Of a stretch of 40,189 bases of DNA, positions 10,501 through 15,193 are shown piece by piece. The stretch comes from Candidatus Lindowbacteria bacterium RIFCSPLOWO2_12_FULL_62_27 (lineage in GTDB: Bacteria; Lindowbacteria; 2-12-FULL-62-27). Made by a program: the position numbers and the translations under genes. Under the pieces are notes generated by a model that saw only the letters and a program-made list of their open reading frames with translations, searched no databases and was not told the DNA's origin. Positions within the stretch are counted from its first letter, which is position 1. Each line of letters starts with the position of its first letter. The stretch spans positions 1-40,189 of the forward strand of contig MFPR01000038.1 of assembly GCA_001784175.1 (NCBI GenBank), read 5' to 3'.

Positions 10501-10623
10501 GTCCACCGTCGTCGGCGGCTGCGCATACAACCGGCTCATCACCAGCGTGTCCGACATGAGAAGCGCCCAAGCCCGTTCCGGACACCCGGCCACCGCCCAG
10601 ACAGACAGGAGTCCCGCCACCAT
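1..10623 (-). CDS. Giant multidomain secreted/surface protein, 3'-truncated (>=3541 aa): two lamin-tail-like domains, 9 DxDxN...LTE...GIF modules, 11 Fn3-like repeats, Ig-like modules
   Basis: Manual translation of the minus frame from ATG 10623 (alternative in-frame ATG 10716) is open to base 1; absent from the ORF track because no stop is reached. N-terminus MVAGLLSVWAVAGCPERAWA is signal-like. Lamin-tail motifs YIEIYNPTKDTVDLTG and INEFL...DQFVELIN...TVDISQW. Repeated DTYYWRVRAIDDLGN. Confidence 0.92.
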   Translation of the reverse strand, partial: MVAGLLSVWAVAGCPERAWALLMSDTLVMSRLYAQPPTTVDADGQYIEIYNPTKDTVDLTGMQLEVNGTGGQVGVGEDPDLDAGGVDVIPPFGWYLVHDSDVADANTVQTNEYGKTTGITGGDGDLAATRDGVFDAADELLINNAIGTSQRLQLEWVNDVTIDMDEIAIQSTYGTGILRQALSSRSVVIRLPGRRRSTTWRAGAGINADTDAGNFEIDTGGAVSDSRPHTTSSPHERMIFHVAPLVKTVYMNDTFTVAVTAVGRYVVSSEQDLWFFDPWEGFDTVVQDYSADTFGPFAFSNVLLNDTNSFFYQSGDLRDTSGSRGSRRSEAFFVGGVCSSVIGLYTQSALGDTWTYAVTDSSQHVIQYKDAFCTGYAYLYIQTHAKARVISVSGGDTTTVYAGTRLYLQVHDTDQNAAAGTQDNVTVTVYSKLGGDTETWTLTEIATGLTGFSIPFRDTGTGLPLTASEAIGGGENNGLLYVKEGDSVFFQYVDATDPYGDTVWSDSMIVHFPSSDVQWRNGAATANADTYTTVIDSGHLQVTDPDANVDFSAADTIRVTVRNAETGDSLTYVLTENAAASGIFTAPGLPIVFSNTGPIPSSFADRILLVGHKDSITVIYNDLWDNIGGDGSDTSQDSATVYNRQEASGVVLYEDASFIDDVDTFQTRDLMYIAVFDTDENRDPFQKDTMVVVVRTGNVPLGGGAQGLVLDTESYTLTESTDTSGEFRSVAITLTDTEYPSVGDGRLSWGRTDTLFVRYDDVDPNSTDTSIDTAVAVEITTGGTVRFYWESDYTGVTDTYYTRSDSAYIEVSDTDENWNPQSKDTISVTVAAVDDQGTLEFDTETVILTESGETTGIFRSAGLPLSDRIVAALADGTLTVGGTDVIRVSYQDHNAPSDVASDTALGNRLPTTGSARWVRDLSGREDADSVWLGDSGGVWIEVIDTDANLHPNRLDTVAVRVLNVQTQDSEVFTLTEEGETAGIFIGRGLPVLLTKGNTGPVAGNYHIQGTWGDSLTVFYGDSFPGSGGQTTVQDTLHIHDTTPVVLFKSAAFDNTDTYTTGASIYLQVEHMSANVDFRRRDTVSVIVYGYQRKDTERWELTETTDSSLIFRTNINPLPSSTNTNDSTGNSGKLFVAANDIITVYYTDPFTSTLNSQDSANISLIDDGQITMVAPDSTTLDTFPAGRQYLYIRVQDLDQNKADTYADTLSIHVESALGGDSETFLVTEISATAGIFDATLWVTTDTAFGQAVGNGALWVTKGDTLRAFYYDPDDPTDSGFDTTPVIWESGVTRFITSAGADVSVYTLFDSLYIEVSDANANRRPTNFVETVTVTVYNYGVGDTETLVLTATGDVSIVFRSDSLPTSNYLGNGANNRTLLTGINDSVVVRYIDVYDAPDVAEDSASIGDTSIGAEIGLFDKDSGVDLTDTFMARSDSVYIQVIDTDENKDPRALDTVTVTIYVSDTSGLVRDTETRVLTESGAASGVFRSVALNFTDTFISPTPLNGLLEVRKHDTLHVTYTDQSSASDTNVDTALIKFVALSNPAQPRDGHETTNVTLLVRWRPDDDSPQVDSYAVEVSKTTGFSSIIFADTIDGGQTSDTLSGLYNDTYYWRVRAIDYLGNFGASSDTWGFLIDTDVNQVTLSAPADLHETTNMSPVLEWTAVPDSSGVDSYVLELARSTFFSTTVFADTVNSTRTNDTVTGLSSDSYAWRVRGIDNLGNIGANSASRTIVLDILSPRITKIADSSLSNGQSVVNEDTYVLIYLYDTGSGFDGTGTAVLKWSGAFSSEANMTLSKVGTDTWAAEGILPLGTLTTTGQVTFWVIAQDDNGNGSLTSALSPTYLTSDPAVITVFVNTVTINEFLINDGTTDWNNDGNAGGNDQFVELINAYESDTVDISQWMIDDDGGAAGVGCSFPIGTTLGPRMIVTVYQSLAAYRYNVDGTVRDTFTMSGTWSALDNSEGGNQTLEEDRVRILNKNSQVIVFQDYNRSEDDSGANRSWARLLDGWPTPNLRTGDDMFAWPTPGNTNRTGDVDTGPTNSAMEFIFNSTGPDTGARLDTASVTVAVRDPNGYLVADFGDLGETIVLSLTNGITTSPDSMIYNISDNGTKTVSVTFSTDALGETLTISYLKMSRWTAAPLVVKAVSPSDGFETTSRQMTFTWKASGADTFTWQLSKTAAFTTIVDSAVDTKVATLKKNLPDPDTYYWRVIARAANQYPTYNKYETMAIKGLVYDTVVNQVSLSQPANGHETSVIDIVASWTAVVDSVGVDSYALEVSKNTAFTAMAFTDTVDGTRTSDTITGLYNDTYYWRVRAIDDLANYGAYSATRGFVTDTIVNQVTQSLPADGHETTATGIVLGWTPNADSVGVDSYALEVSKNTGFTSMAFTDTVDGTRTNDTATSLYNDTYYWRVRAVDDLANGGPYSATRGFVTDTIVNQAALSQPAAGHETSVIDFLVSWTAVSDSVGVDSYAVEVSKTTAFTAMAFTDTIDGGQASDTVTGLYNDTYYWRLRVIDDLGNGGPYSDTRGFVTDTIVNQVSLSQPADAHETTVNNVVASWAAVSDSVGVDSYAVEVSKNTGFTALAFTDTVEGTRTSDTATGLYNDTYYWRVRAIDDLGNGGPYSDTRGFITDTIVNQVSLSQPSDGHETSVINILVSWTANADSVGVDSYAVEVSKLTAFTSMAFADTIEGTQTSDTVTGLYNDTYYWRVRAVDDLANGGAYSATRGFVTDTIVNQSSLSQPATGHETTAIDILVSWTAVIDSVGVDSYAVEVSKTTAFTAIAFTDTIDGGQASDTVTGLYNDTYFWRVRAVDDLGNGGPYSDTRGFVTDTIVNQTVLSQPADGHETTANNVVVSWAATADSVGVDSYAVEISKTTAFTSFAFTDTVEGTWTNDTATGLYNDTYYWRVRALDDLGNGGVFSSTRGFITDTIVNQVQLSTPVANHETNVGRVVATWSAVTDSVGVDSYAVEVARTAAFTGPVFTDTIDGSQTTDTLTGLSSDSFYWRIRAIDDLGNGGPYAALGAFVVDTVNPRLTKFADTSVQHGDTRGNVDARVFIYVYDTGVGFDGTGTATLYYNGVLTGSVLMSKKDNASGTWTFEATLPLGSVSDSGKAHFWFGITDDVNNDSYSSSLSPYVTFEDSATLQVDVTDSIVIVIPAENHETRVATITVTGNSNGGAADTVQIWIDGGDTATNTHTSAGLWSVSGIPLRDKGAQVLVSRLFILGTLRTSDTLTNIVYDTTHPRISEYGETSLRHGHVVNAADTRVFLLLTDTGSGFDGGGTVTLYYNGAVAGSALMSEYDSSGGAWRVEETVPLSAVAKTGKVHFWIGARDDVNNDSLSSALSPYLSKTDSATVTVVAGETIAISLPADDHETTAASFTLRGTSSGSASDTVLVTVNGADSLTATHSGAGVWSATGVSLQDVGGESVVARLFVLGGYYSRAEDTITVRYDTTHPRLSALGDTSAQSGWLVDPADTRVFGYLFDSGAGIDGSGTVTLYWNGPITGSAAMSEKNAGNGTWPIEATLPLGSVTRSGKVHFWLGGVDD
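1555..3930 (-). repeat. Eight tandem 297-nt (99-aa) Fn3-like coding repeats
   Basis: The Trp codon of the WR(V/L/I) motif recurs at 1621, 1918, 2215, 2512, 2809, 3106, 3403 and 3700, an exact 297-nt period. Consensus DT.VNQ..LSQPA.GHET....SW....DSVGVDSYAVEVSK...F....FTDT..G....DT.TGLYNDTYYWRVRA.DDLGN. Confidence 0.95.
6030..9480 (-). repeat. Nine diverged ~120-140-aa coding repeats (Y(I/L)xVxDxDxN...DT(V/I)xVxV...D(T/S)E...LTE....GIF)
   Basis: Motif recurs nine times in the translation, e.g. YIEVSDTDENWNPQSKDTISVTV...DTETVILTESGETTGIFRS and YIQVIDTDENKDPRALDTVTVTI...DTETRVLTESGAASGVFRS. Boundaries approximate. Confidence 0.85.
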
Positions 10624-10637
10624 CGGCCTATAGTATT

Positions 10638-10677
10638 TCCTCTCCCCTCCTCGCGGGGTAAGAAAGTGAATAGCTGC
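10638..10677. repeat. Degenerate copy of the CCCTCTCCC/GGGAGAGGG palindromic (REP-like) family
   Basis: CCTCTCCCC...GGGGTAAGAAAGTGAATAGCTGC parallels CCTCTCCCCCC...GGGGGGAGAGGAGGTGAATAGTTGC at 30250-30288. Confidence 0.5.
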
Positions 10678-10729
10678 AAGAAACGCATTTAGTAATATAC
10701 GGTTATTTATATACATATAATAATAGGGT

Positions 10730-10747
10730 TTGCAAAAACTGTACCTG
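10730..10747 (-). promoter_or_regulatory. Putative sigma54 (-24/-12) promoter for the giant gene
   Basis: Minus strand reads CAGGTACAGTTTTTGCAA: GG-N10-GC spacing with a TTTGCA -12 element, pointing at the giant ORF and next to an enhancer-binding protein gene. Confidence 0.7.
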
Positions 10748-10763
10748 TATTAGGACTGTGGTT

Positions 10764-10776
10764 TAATTAGTTGATA
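10764..10776 (-). promoter_or_regulatory. Putative IHF binding site
   Basis: Minus strand TATCAACTAATTA matches WATCAANNNNTTR exactly, about 45-55 nt upstream of the predicted sigma54 start site. Confidence 0.6.
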
Positions 10777-10785
10777 ATGAAGATA

Positions 10786-10828
10786 TTAGATGCCATCATG
10801 GTCTGCATGGTTCATTTCTGGCATCTGA
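10786..10828. promoter_or_regulatory. Inverted repeat, candidate upstream activator sequence
   Basis: AGATGCCA (10788-10795) and TGGCATCT (10819-10826) are perfect 8-bp arms with a 23-nt spacer, upstream of the IHF site. Confidence 0.35.
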
Positions 10829-11150
10829 AGTGAAGCCTGGTTGATAAATATTTCTCTATTCAGAAAGTTGTCGTGGATTTTCCCCTATGAAAAGTTCAGA
10901 AACAAGCATGCAGGCATCGAACAGCATAATCTGATCACGGCATCCGAATCGAAGGGCAAATCGCCATTGCGGCGGAGGAATAGGAATATTCTATTATTAT
11001 TAGATGTTGTGTCTATTACGACACAGCCAAAAAATCCGGTTGCAAAAATCGATGGCATGAGGGCGGCGTTGTGAGAAATAATTCTCTATACATGCGCCGA
11101 ACTTATCATGAGCGCCGGACAGTTGATGTCACGGAACGGATGCGGAAAGA

Positions 11151-11228
11151 TTATTTGTTATTGGTCATTTGTTGTTTTCTATTTGTTATTTGGAAATATC
11201 CAATAACCAATAACAAATGACAAATAAT
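11151..11228. repeat. Inverted arms of degenerate 7-nt repeats (ATTTGTT/ATTGGTC ... AATAACC/AATAACA/AATGACA)
   Basis: Directly visible in the AT-rich intergenic region. Confidence 0.75.
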
Positions 11229-11260
11229 CATTCATGCTTATAGGGTTGCAACATAGGGCC

Positions 11261-11304
11261 GAGTCTAGGCGAGTCTAGGTGCCGGACATAGACTTATAGA
11301 CTTA
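11261..11304. repeat. Short inverted-arm repeat (GAGTCTAGG x2 ... TAGACTTA x2) at the stop codon of the enhancer-binding protein gene
   Basis: AGTCTA and TAGACT are complementary and each is duplicated. Confidence 0.55.
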
Positions 11305-12453
11305 TTTCATCAGTCTATGCCGTTTCATTCTGAACCGCAGCGTGTCCCGCCGGATGCCCAGTATTCTCGCCGCCTCCGATTGGTTTCCCTCCGCCAGCTT
11401 CAGCGCCGCCTTGATCCGGTCCTTCTCGAATCGCGCCACCTGACGGTCCAGGTGCTTCAGGTCCGCCCGCGTCAGGGGGTCACGTCCGTCACCCGAATCC
11501 TCGGCCGGCGTCGGAGACGCCGGCACTTGGGGCGCCGGAGGCGCTGACCCGGCCGGCGGCGCGGGCGCCGCGGGCGCGCCGGGCAAAACGGCAGGGGCGG
11601 AAGGAGCCGGGGACTGGAGGAGGACCGGGGGTTCCTCCTGTATTTTTGCAGTCCCCCGGGGGATATAAATTTCAGGGTCCGCGGTCGGAAGGCGCTCGAC
11701 GCCGGTGATGACTTCCAGCGGCATTTCCTCTGGCCGGATCCGGCCCTCGCTTCGCAGGATCATCACGCGCTCGATGGTGTTCCGAAGCTCCCGGACGTTG
11801 CCGGGCCAGGGGTAGTTCAGCAGAATCTGCTGCGTCTCCTCCGTCACGCCCTCCACCCGCTTGGCCATCTCCCGGTTGAAATGCTCGATGTAGTGCGCCG
11901 CCAGACTCACAACATCCTCCGGACGGCGGCGAAGCGGCGGAATTTCGATCGGGAACACACTGATCCGGTAGAACAAGTCCTCGCGGAACTTCTTGTCCTC
12001 CACCAGCTTCTTCAAGTCCTGGTGCGTTGAGGCGATCAGACGCACGTCCACCTCGATCTCGGCCTCGCCCCCCACCCGCCGGAATCGCCTCTCCTGAATT
12101 ACCCTCAGAAACTTCGCCTGCAAGCCCAAATCCAGCTCCGCCACCTCGTCCAGAAAAAGCGTTCCCCGATGCGCCTGCTCAAAAAGTCCCCGGTGCCGGC
12201 GCTGCGCGCCCGTGAAGGCGCCCGGCTCATAGCCGAACAGCTCCACTTCCAGAAGCGACCCCGGAAAGGCGGCGCAGTTGACGGCCACAAACGGACTCCT
12301 GCGCCGCCCGCTCTGCTCGTGGATCAGCCGCGCCGCCACCTCCTTGCCGCTCCCCGACTCCCCCGTGACCAAAACGGTCGAATCGGTCGGCGCCACCTGC
12401 CGTATCTTCGACTGGACTGCCTTCATGGCGGGACTGGCAAAAATGTATTTCAT
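11302..12453 (-). CDS. Sigma54-dependent enhancer-binding protein (AAA+ plus Fis-type HTH) with no N-terminal sensory domain
   Basis: Walker A GESGSGKE, GAFTGA loop, Walker B LFLDEV, FREDLFYRI, WPGNVREL, C-terminal GNQSEAARILGIRRDTLRFRM. The AAA+ domain starts within the first few residues. Confidence 0.95.
   Translation of the reverse strand: MKYIFASPAMKAVQSKIRQVAPTDSTVLVTGESGSGKEVAARLIHEQSGRRRSPFVAVNCAAFPGSLLEVELFGYEPGAFTGAQRRHRGLFEQAHRGTLFLDEVAELDLGLQAKFLRVIQERRFRRVGGEAEIEVDVRLIASTHQDLKKLVEDKKFREDLFYRISVFPIEIPPLRRRPEDVVSLAAHYIEHFNREMAKRVEGVTEETQQILLNYPWPGNVRELRNTIERVMILRSEGRIRPEEMPLEVITGVERLPTADPEIYIPRGTAKIQEEPPVLLQSPAPSAPAVLPGAPAAPAPPAGSAPPAPQVPASPTPAEDSGDGRDPLTRADLKHLDRQVARFEKDRIKAALKLAEGNQSEAARILGIRRDTLRFRMKRHRLMK
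11502..11547 (-). repeat. Twin-hairpin 46-nt intragenic element, copy 1 (in the AAA+/HTH linker)
   Basis: Reverse complement of TCAGCGCCTCCGGCGCCCCAAGTGCCGGCGTCTCCGACGCCGGCCG; read as SAPPAPQVPASPTPA. Confidence 0.9.
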
Positions 12454-12584
12454 GCGTAATCCGCCGCGTCACAACGTGAGAATTTTTTCACAGTCCATTT
12501 ATACCACGCCGGCCCGACGGAATCAAATCCGCCCACGTGGGCTTGCATATGCGCGTGAAAAAATCTACCCTCGACCGCGTTCCC

Positions 12585-13643
12585 ATGCGTGACAACGTTC
12601 TATGGATCGCTCTGTCTTTCTGCGCCCTCTTCGCCGCACTGTCCCGGCCGGCCGCGGCCGGGTCAGCGCCTCCGGCGCCGGCCGACTCCGCCGTGGCCGT
12701 TCTGAACCGGGAGTATCTGCCGGCGGTGCTTGACATGATCGGCGACGCCCGGCGGAGCGTCCGGATCATCCAGTACGAGTATGTGTCGTATGGTGCCGTC
12801 CGGGAAATCGAAAAGGCGATTCTGGCCGCCGCCCGCAGAGGCGTGTCCGTCCGGATGCTCGTCGACGACTCGGTCCGCGCCAGCCGGAAAAACGTTGAGT
12901 GGCTGGCCAAAAAAGGCATCGACGTCAAACTGGACGAGACGCGCGAGTACCGGGAGCCCGGCGACAGGACAACGCATGCCAAGATGATTCTGGTCGACCA
13001 TCAACGCGTGATGGTCGGGTCGACCAATTTCAGCGACAAGTCGATCTCCGACAATAATGAGGCCAATGTGCGGCTCGACCATCCGGCAGCGGCGAAGGCG
13101 GCGGGCGCCTACTTCGACGAGCTGTGGAACGATGCATCGAAAGAGCCGGCCGTTTCGCCGTTTCGATCGGCGGACGTCGACCTGATATTCAACCGGCAGT
13201 ACTTGCCGGCCGTCACGCAACTCTTTCAAACCGCGAAACGGCGGGTATACGTTGTTCTCTACGGCGCCAATGTCGGCCGCCCAGGGTCATCGGTCCGGGA
13301 ATTGATCGACGCGCTGGCGAGTGCCGTGCGGCGGGACGTGGATGTGAGAGTGATTCTGGACAAATCCGGCGGATCTTTCGCCGAAAAGACGCTGAAGTTC
13401 AGTCAGGAGGCGGCCGGCGCGATGGAGAAGGCCGGAGTCGCCGTGAAATTCGATTCCGAAGAGGTGATCACCCACGCCAAGGTGCTGGTGGTGGACGACG
13501 CGGTCGTGGTGGGCGGAACCAACTGGGGATACGGGCCATTGCATGAGTACAATGACATCAACGTGATCGTCCGCCGGCCGGATGTCGTCGGGCGTTTCGC
13601 GGAACGGTTTCTGGCGATGTGGAAGGGAGATCAGCGGTTTTAA
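12585..13643 (+). CDS. Exported phospholipase D superfamily protein with two HKD motifs
   Basis: HAKMILVD...GSTN and HAKVLVVD...GGTN; hydrophobic signal-like N-terminus. Start 12585 chosen; 12549 is possible. Confidence 0.9.
   Translation: MRDNVLWIALSFCALFAALSRPAAAGSAPPAPADSAVAVLNREYLPAVLDMIGDARRSVRIIQYEYVSYGAVREIEKAILAAARRGVSVRMLVDDSVRASRKNVEWLAKKGIDVKLDETREYREPGDRTTHAKMILVDHQRVMVGSTNFSDKSISDNNEANVRLDHPAAAKAAGAYFDELWNDASKEPAVSPFRSADVDLIFNRQYLPAVTQLFQTAKRRVYVVLYGANVGRPGSSVRELIDALASAVRRDVDVRVILDKSGGSFAEKTLKFSQEAAGAMEKAGVAVKFDSEEVITHAKVLVVDDAVVVGGTNWGYGPLHEYNDINVIVRRPDVVGRFAERFLAMWKGDQRF
12663..12684 (+). repeat. Half copy of the twin-hairpin intragenic element (first hairpin only)
   Basis: TCAGCGCCTCCGGCGCCGGCCG; CGGCCG occurs at 12655 and 12679, 24 nt apart; read as SAPPAPA just after the signal peptide. 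Confidence 0.7.
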
Positions 13644-13650
13644 CGTTCGC

Positions 13651-14193
13651 TCAGAAGGGTTTCTTGATGAGCCCCCGCCGAAGCAATTCCTCTTTCATGA
13701 TCTTTCGCTCGCGCCGCGCGTATTGCTTGTAATTCTCGCCATGTTCCTTCAATAGTTCCTGGTCTGACATCTCCCGGATGACCTTCATGAATCCCTCCGG
13801 GCTGGGCAGGTCCACCGGCGGGATGGCCGATGGATGGGGAGGTTCCACGAGTTTGGTCCTGCTCACCGGCTCCCACTCGTCCCAGTCCGTATGTTTCACC
13901 ATATCCTCGCCGCTCACCTCGCCGGATTGGATCATCTCCGCAAGCGCGCCCCTCGCAAACGGCCCGAGGATGGCCCCCGAACCCTCCAGCCGCACCATCC
14001 AGCCGACGCTCGGCGGAAGCTCCACGGGAACGCCACTCCACAAAAAGGAGAGCTCCGGGAAATCCTGGGCGCCACGCCATTCCTCCGTGCCCTCCCGGCA
14101 CAACCTCGTCTCCGGCCGGATGAACTCGGACAACTGCTCCGGAAGATACGGGCCGTAGAGTTTGTCGTCCACCCACGCGTACCATCGGTTCAT
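13651..14193 (-). CDS. GYF_2 (DUF4339) domain protein with two GYF_2-like domains
   Basis: WYAWVDDKLYGPY...ETRLCREGTEEW...FPEL and WMVRLEG...LGPF...DMVKHTDWDEW. Confidence 0.8.
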   Translation of the reverse strand: MNRWYAWVDDKLYGPYLPEQLSEFIRPETRLCREGTEEWRGAQDFPELSFLWSGVPVELPPSVGWMVRLEGSGAILGPFARGALAEMIQSGEVSGEDMVKHTDWDEWEPVSRTKLVEPPHPSAIPPVDLPSPEGFMKVIREMSDQELLKEHGENYKQYARRERKIMKEELLRRGLIKKPF

Positions 14194-14230
14194 CTTTGTT
14201 TCGCCAGCCTACGCCGAAATGCCGGCGCTG

Positions 14231-14911
14231 TCAACAAAATCCCGCGCGCCGCAGGTCCTTCAAGGTGTCGATGTCATACCATGGATCCAGGATCGCCGCG
14301 CGAATCCGCCGCCGGATCGCGCGTTCGAGGGTCATTCGAAACACGGTGGGACCGCCCCAGCGGATCCGATAAAACAGGTCCCGGCCGGCCTTCCGAAATC
14401 CTGCGCGCGTCAGCCCGATCAGATAATATCCGCCGTCCTCCGCGGGCCCCAGCACGAGGTCGTGGTCGCGGAGCCGCGCCGCCGCTCGCCGGATGAATCC
14501 CGCCGGCAACGTGGGACTATCGCTGCCGATCAGAATCACGGACGGCGATTCGGCCAGCATCTCAGCGAACGCCCAACGCATCCGCGCGCCCAGCGTCCGG
14601 CCCCTCTGGCGGGACATGACGCCACGAATCCCAAACCGCAACCGCAGCCGCCGCTCCGCGCCGGCCGGATCAGCGCCTCCGGCGCCCCAAGTGCCGGCGT
14701 CTCCGACGCCGGCCGGCGTGTAAAACACGCGCCACGCCAGCCCCGCGCGCCCGGCCAGCCGCAGCGTTGCGTGGACGAACCCCTCATACAGATCGCACGC
14801 GCGCCCCTCGCCGACCTCCCGGGCCAGCCGCCGCTTGACCCGGCCGGGCACGGGCTCCCGCACGAACACGCCAAGCGCGACGCCCCCCACGCCCGCGGGC
14901 GCGCGGGGCAT
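14231..14911 (-). CDS. DUF2064 / TIGR04282-type glycosyltransferase-like protein
   Basis: VFVREPVPGRVKRRLA, QRGRTLGARM, ILIGSDSPTL, LVLGPAEDGGYYLIG, WYDIDTLKDL. Start approximate. Confidence 0.88.
   Translation of the reverse strand: MPRAPAGVGGVALGVFVREPVPGRVKRRLAREVGEGRACDLYEGFVHATLRLAGRAGLAWRVFYTPAGVGDAGTWGAGGADPAGAERRLRLRFGIRGVMSRQRGRTLGARMRWAFAEMLAESPSVILIGSDSPTLPAGFIRRAAARLRDHDLVLGPAEDGGYYLIGLTRAGFRKAGRDLFYRIRWGGPTVFRMTLERAIRRRIRAAILDPWYDIDTLKDLRRAGFC
14670..14715 (+). repeat. Twin-hairpin 46-nt intragenic element, copy 2 (antisense within the glycosyltransferase)
   Basis: Identical 46-mer; CGCCGGCCGG direct repeats at 14659 and 14707, 48 nt apart; read as AGVGDAGTWGAGGAD. Confidence 0.9.
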
Positions 14912-14923
14912 TACAAGACGGCG

Positions 14924-14973
14924 GGAAAACATTGGCCACGAACGAACACGAACGAACACGAACTTGCACGAAC
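14924..14973. repeat. CACGAAC ~10-nt-period repeat, single arm
   Basis: GGAAAACATTGGC followed by CACGAACGAA x2, CACGAACTTG, CACGAAC; nearly the same lead-in as at 23140. Confidence 0.8.
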
Positions 14974-15020
14974 AAAAACGTTTTCCCAGGGGGATGAAAT
15001 ATCAGAAGACATCGTCTGAT

Positions 15021-15123
15021 CCCCTCTCCCCCGAAGGGGGAGAGGGTCAGGGTGAGGGGGTTCTTCGGCGCCAGAATGGCCACCCTCACCCCGGCCCTCT
15101 CCCGCCAAAGGCGGGAGAGGGGG
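15021..15123. repeat. REP/REPIN-like inverted doublet of CCCTCTCCC..GGGAGAGGG hairpins (intergenic; may also terminate or stabilise the uvrC transcript)
   Basis: CCCTCTCCCCC-GAA-GGGGGAGAGGG and CCCTCTCCCGCC-AAA-GGCGGGAGAGGG with GGGTGAGGG / CCCTCACCC tails facing each other. Confidence 0.85.
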
Positions 15124-15193
15124 GAAATCCAGGAGACGGCGCATCAAATTTCCAGTCTGTGCGCTTCAGCGCACAGTGATTGAACACCGCTGT

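Noticed and set aside
25-10692. Long plus-strand ORFs (855, 409, 596 aa and others) and off-frame minus ORFs over the left giant gene
   Set aside because: Arg/Val/His-rich antisense or off-frame shadows of a high-GC coding frame; the recognisable domains are all in the uncalled minus frame.
11052-11068. Plus-strand TGGCATGAGGGCGGC as a second sigma54 promoter
   Set aside because: It has GG-N10-GC spacing but lacks the TTGC -12 context and points at no credible gene.
10841-11074. 77-aa plus-strand ORF in the AT-rich gap
   Set aside because: TTG start, atypical composition, no recognisable motif, and it lies in the presumed regulatory region.
14203-14228. GCCTACGCCGAAATGCCGGCG as another palindromic element
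   Set aside because: Single, short and degenerate in this window; not enough support.
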